This document shows, piece by piece, positions 47,731-48,553 of a DNA stretch of 48,553 bases. The DNA lies in the IMG/VR virus record IMGVR_UViG_3300045988_108834, positions 1-48,553 of that record. One strand, 5' to 3'. A program made the translations under genes and the position numbers. A model generated the notes under the pieces. That model was not told the DNA's origin. It did not search any database and was given only the letters and a program-made list of their open reading frames with translations. This DNA comes from a virus. Position 1 is the stretch's first letter. Every line of letters begins with the position of its first letter.

Positions 47731-48553
47731 TTGACTGTTAACATCGACCCCATCTCCACAGTGGAGGAGTACGTGGAGCAGGCGGATTGGCGCGTCAACG
47801 CGAACGCGAACCAGGGCTACTCCGTCGGCGGCCTCATTCTCAACGCCGCCGGCAAGACGATCGCGAACTATTGGCTGTCGAAGGTGTACAGCGAAGAAGA
47901 AGGAGCCGCACACAGAAACGGCGACTACCATATCCACGACCTCGACATGCTCGCGGGCTATTGTGCGGGCTGGTCGCTGCGCCGCCTGCTCGAAGAGGGA
48001 TTCAACGGCATCGCGGGGGCCATCGCCTCCGATCCGCCGCGTCACTTCAGGTCGGCCTGCGGCCAGATCGTCAACTTCCTCGGCACGCTGCAGAACGAGT
48101 GGGCGGGGGCCCAGGCCTTCTCGTCCTTCGACACGTACATGGCGCCGTTCATCCGGCTCGACGGGCTGGACTATGCGGAGGTCAAGCAATCAATGCAAGA
48201 GCTCATTTTCAATCTCAACGTTCCAAGCCGTTGGGGCAGCCAATGCCCCTTCACGAACCTGACGTTCGACTGGACGTGCCCGGCCGACGTGGCCGACGAC
48301 CACCCCTACATCGGCGAGGAGGTCTGCGACTTCACGTACGGGGACCTCCAGGCCGAGATGGACACGATCAACCGCGCCTACATCGAGGTCATGATGGAAG
48401 GCGACGCCGACGGCCGCGTCTTCACCTTCCCTATCCCGACCTACAACATGACGAAGGACTTCGACTGGGAGTCGGACAACGCCCGCGCCCTGTTCGATAT
48501 GACCGCGAAGTACGGCCTGCCCTACTTCCAGAACTTCATCAACTCCGAGCTCG
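47731..48553 (+). CDS. nrdD: NrdD, N-terminal part (continues at nt 52 after the junction)
   Basis: TTG 47731 follows GAAAGGAC. The product reads ..NANQGYSVGGLILN..HRNGDYHIHDLD.. and the frame is open to the window end. This ORF is absent from the ORF track. Confidence 0.85.
   Translation, partial: MTVNIDPISTVEEYVEQADWRVNANANQGYSVGGLILNAAGKTIANYWLSKVYSEEEGAAHRNGDYHIHDLDMLAGYCAGWSLRRLLEEGFNGIAGAIASDPPRHFRSACGQIVNFLGTLQNEWAGAQAFSSFDTYMAPFIRLDGLDYAEVKQSMQELIFNLNVPSRWGSQCPFTNLTFDWTCPADVADDHPYIGEEVCDFTYGDLQAEMDTINRAYIEVMMEGDADGRVFTFPIPTYNMTKDFDWESDNARALFDMTAKYGLPYFQNFINSEL
48503..48553. repeat. 51-nt exact duplicate of nt 1-51 (circular assembly overlap)
   Basis: The two strings are identical and the duplication lies in frame inside nrdD. 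Confidence 0.95.

Noticed and set aside
1-48553. Prophage or temperate lifestyle (integrase, CI/Cro, attP, excisionase)
   Set aside because: No recombinase, repressor-like HTH or att-like feature was recognisable in any frame. WhiB is the only evident transcription factor. This is absence of evidence from by-eye reading only.

Overview
The window is a complete, circularly closed dsDNA siphovirus-type phage genome. It has 48,502 unique bp; nt 1-51 repeat nt 48503-48553, and one nrdD gene runs across that junction. GC is about 58-60%. A WhiB regulator, GAAAGGAGG-type Shine-Dalgarno sites, an NlpC/P60 endolysin and an anaerobic class III RNR (NrdD/NrdG/NrdH) point to an anaerobic or facultative high-GC Gram-positive (actinobacterial) host. 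No integrase or repressor is visible, so the phage looks lytic.

Transcription diverges from a repeat-dense, mostly non-coding hub at about 28.5-30.2 kb and converges on a bidirectional terminator at about 3.5 kb.
- Rightward arm (30.2 kb through the junction to 3.5 kb): many unknown early genes, Tmk, Dcd, WhiB, an SNF2 helicase, a Cas4-like nuclease, a Sak4-like ATPase, a DUF669-like protein, a prim-pol/helicase, PolA, NrdH, ThyA, NrdD, NrdG, a RuvC-like resolvase and a decayed Dcm methyltransferase.
- Leftward arm (29.2 kb down to 3.55 kb): five reiterated promoter/leader cassettes driving micro-ORFs and a very acidic protein, then the lysis cassette, DHFR, and terminase through tail genes.

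Observations most worth follow-up:
1. The hexamer TGTGCG/CGCACA is over-represented across the whole genome.
2. The reiterated early promoter and leader-hairpin module shows compensatory base changes.
3. Several terminator hairpins have the next promoter's -35 hexamer as their apical loop.
4. The hub holds at least five distinct repeat families plus an AT-rich trough, making it a candidate ori, packaging or operator region.
5. A perfect 26-bp palindrome spans the helicase start codon.

Most functional calls rest on motifs I recognise by eye and on gene order; no database search was possible.
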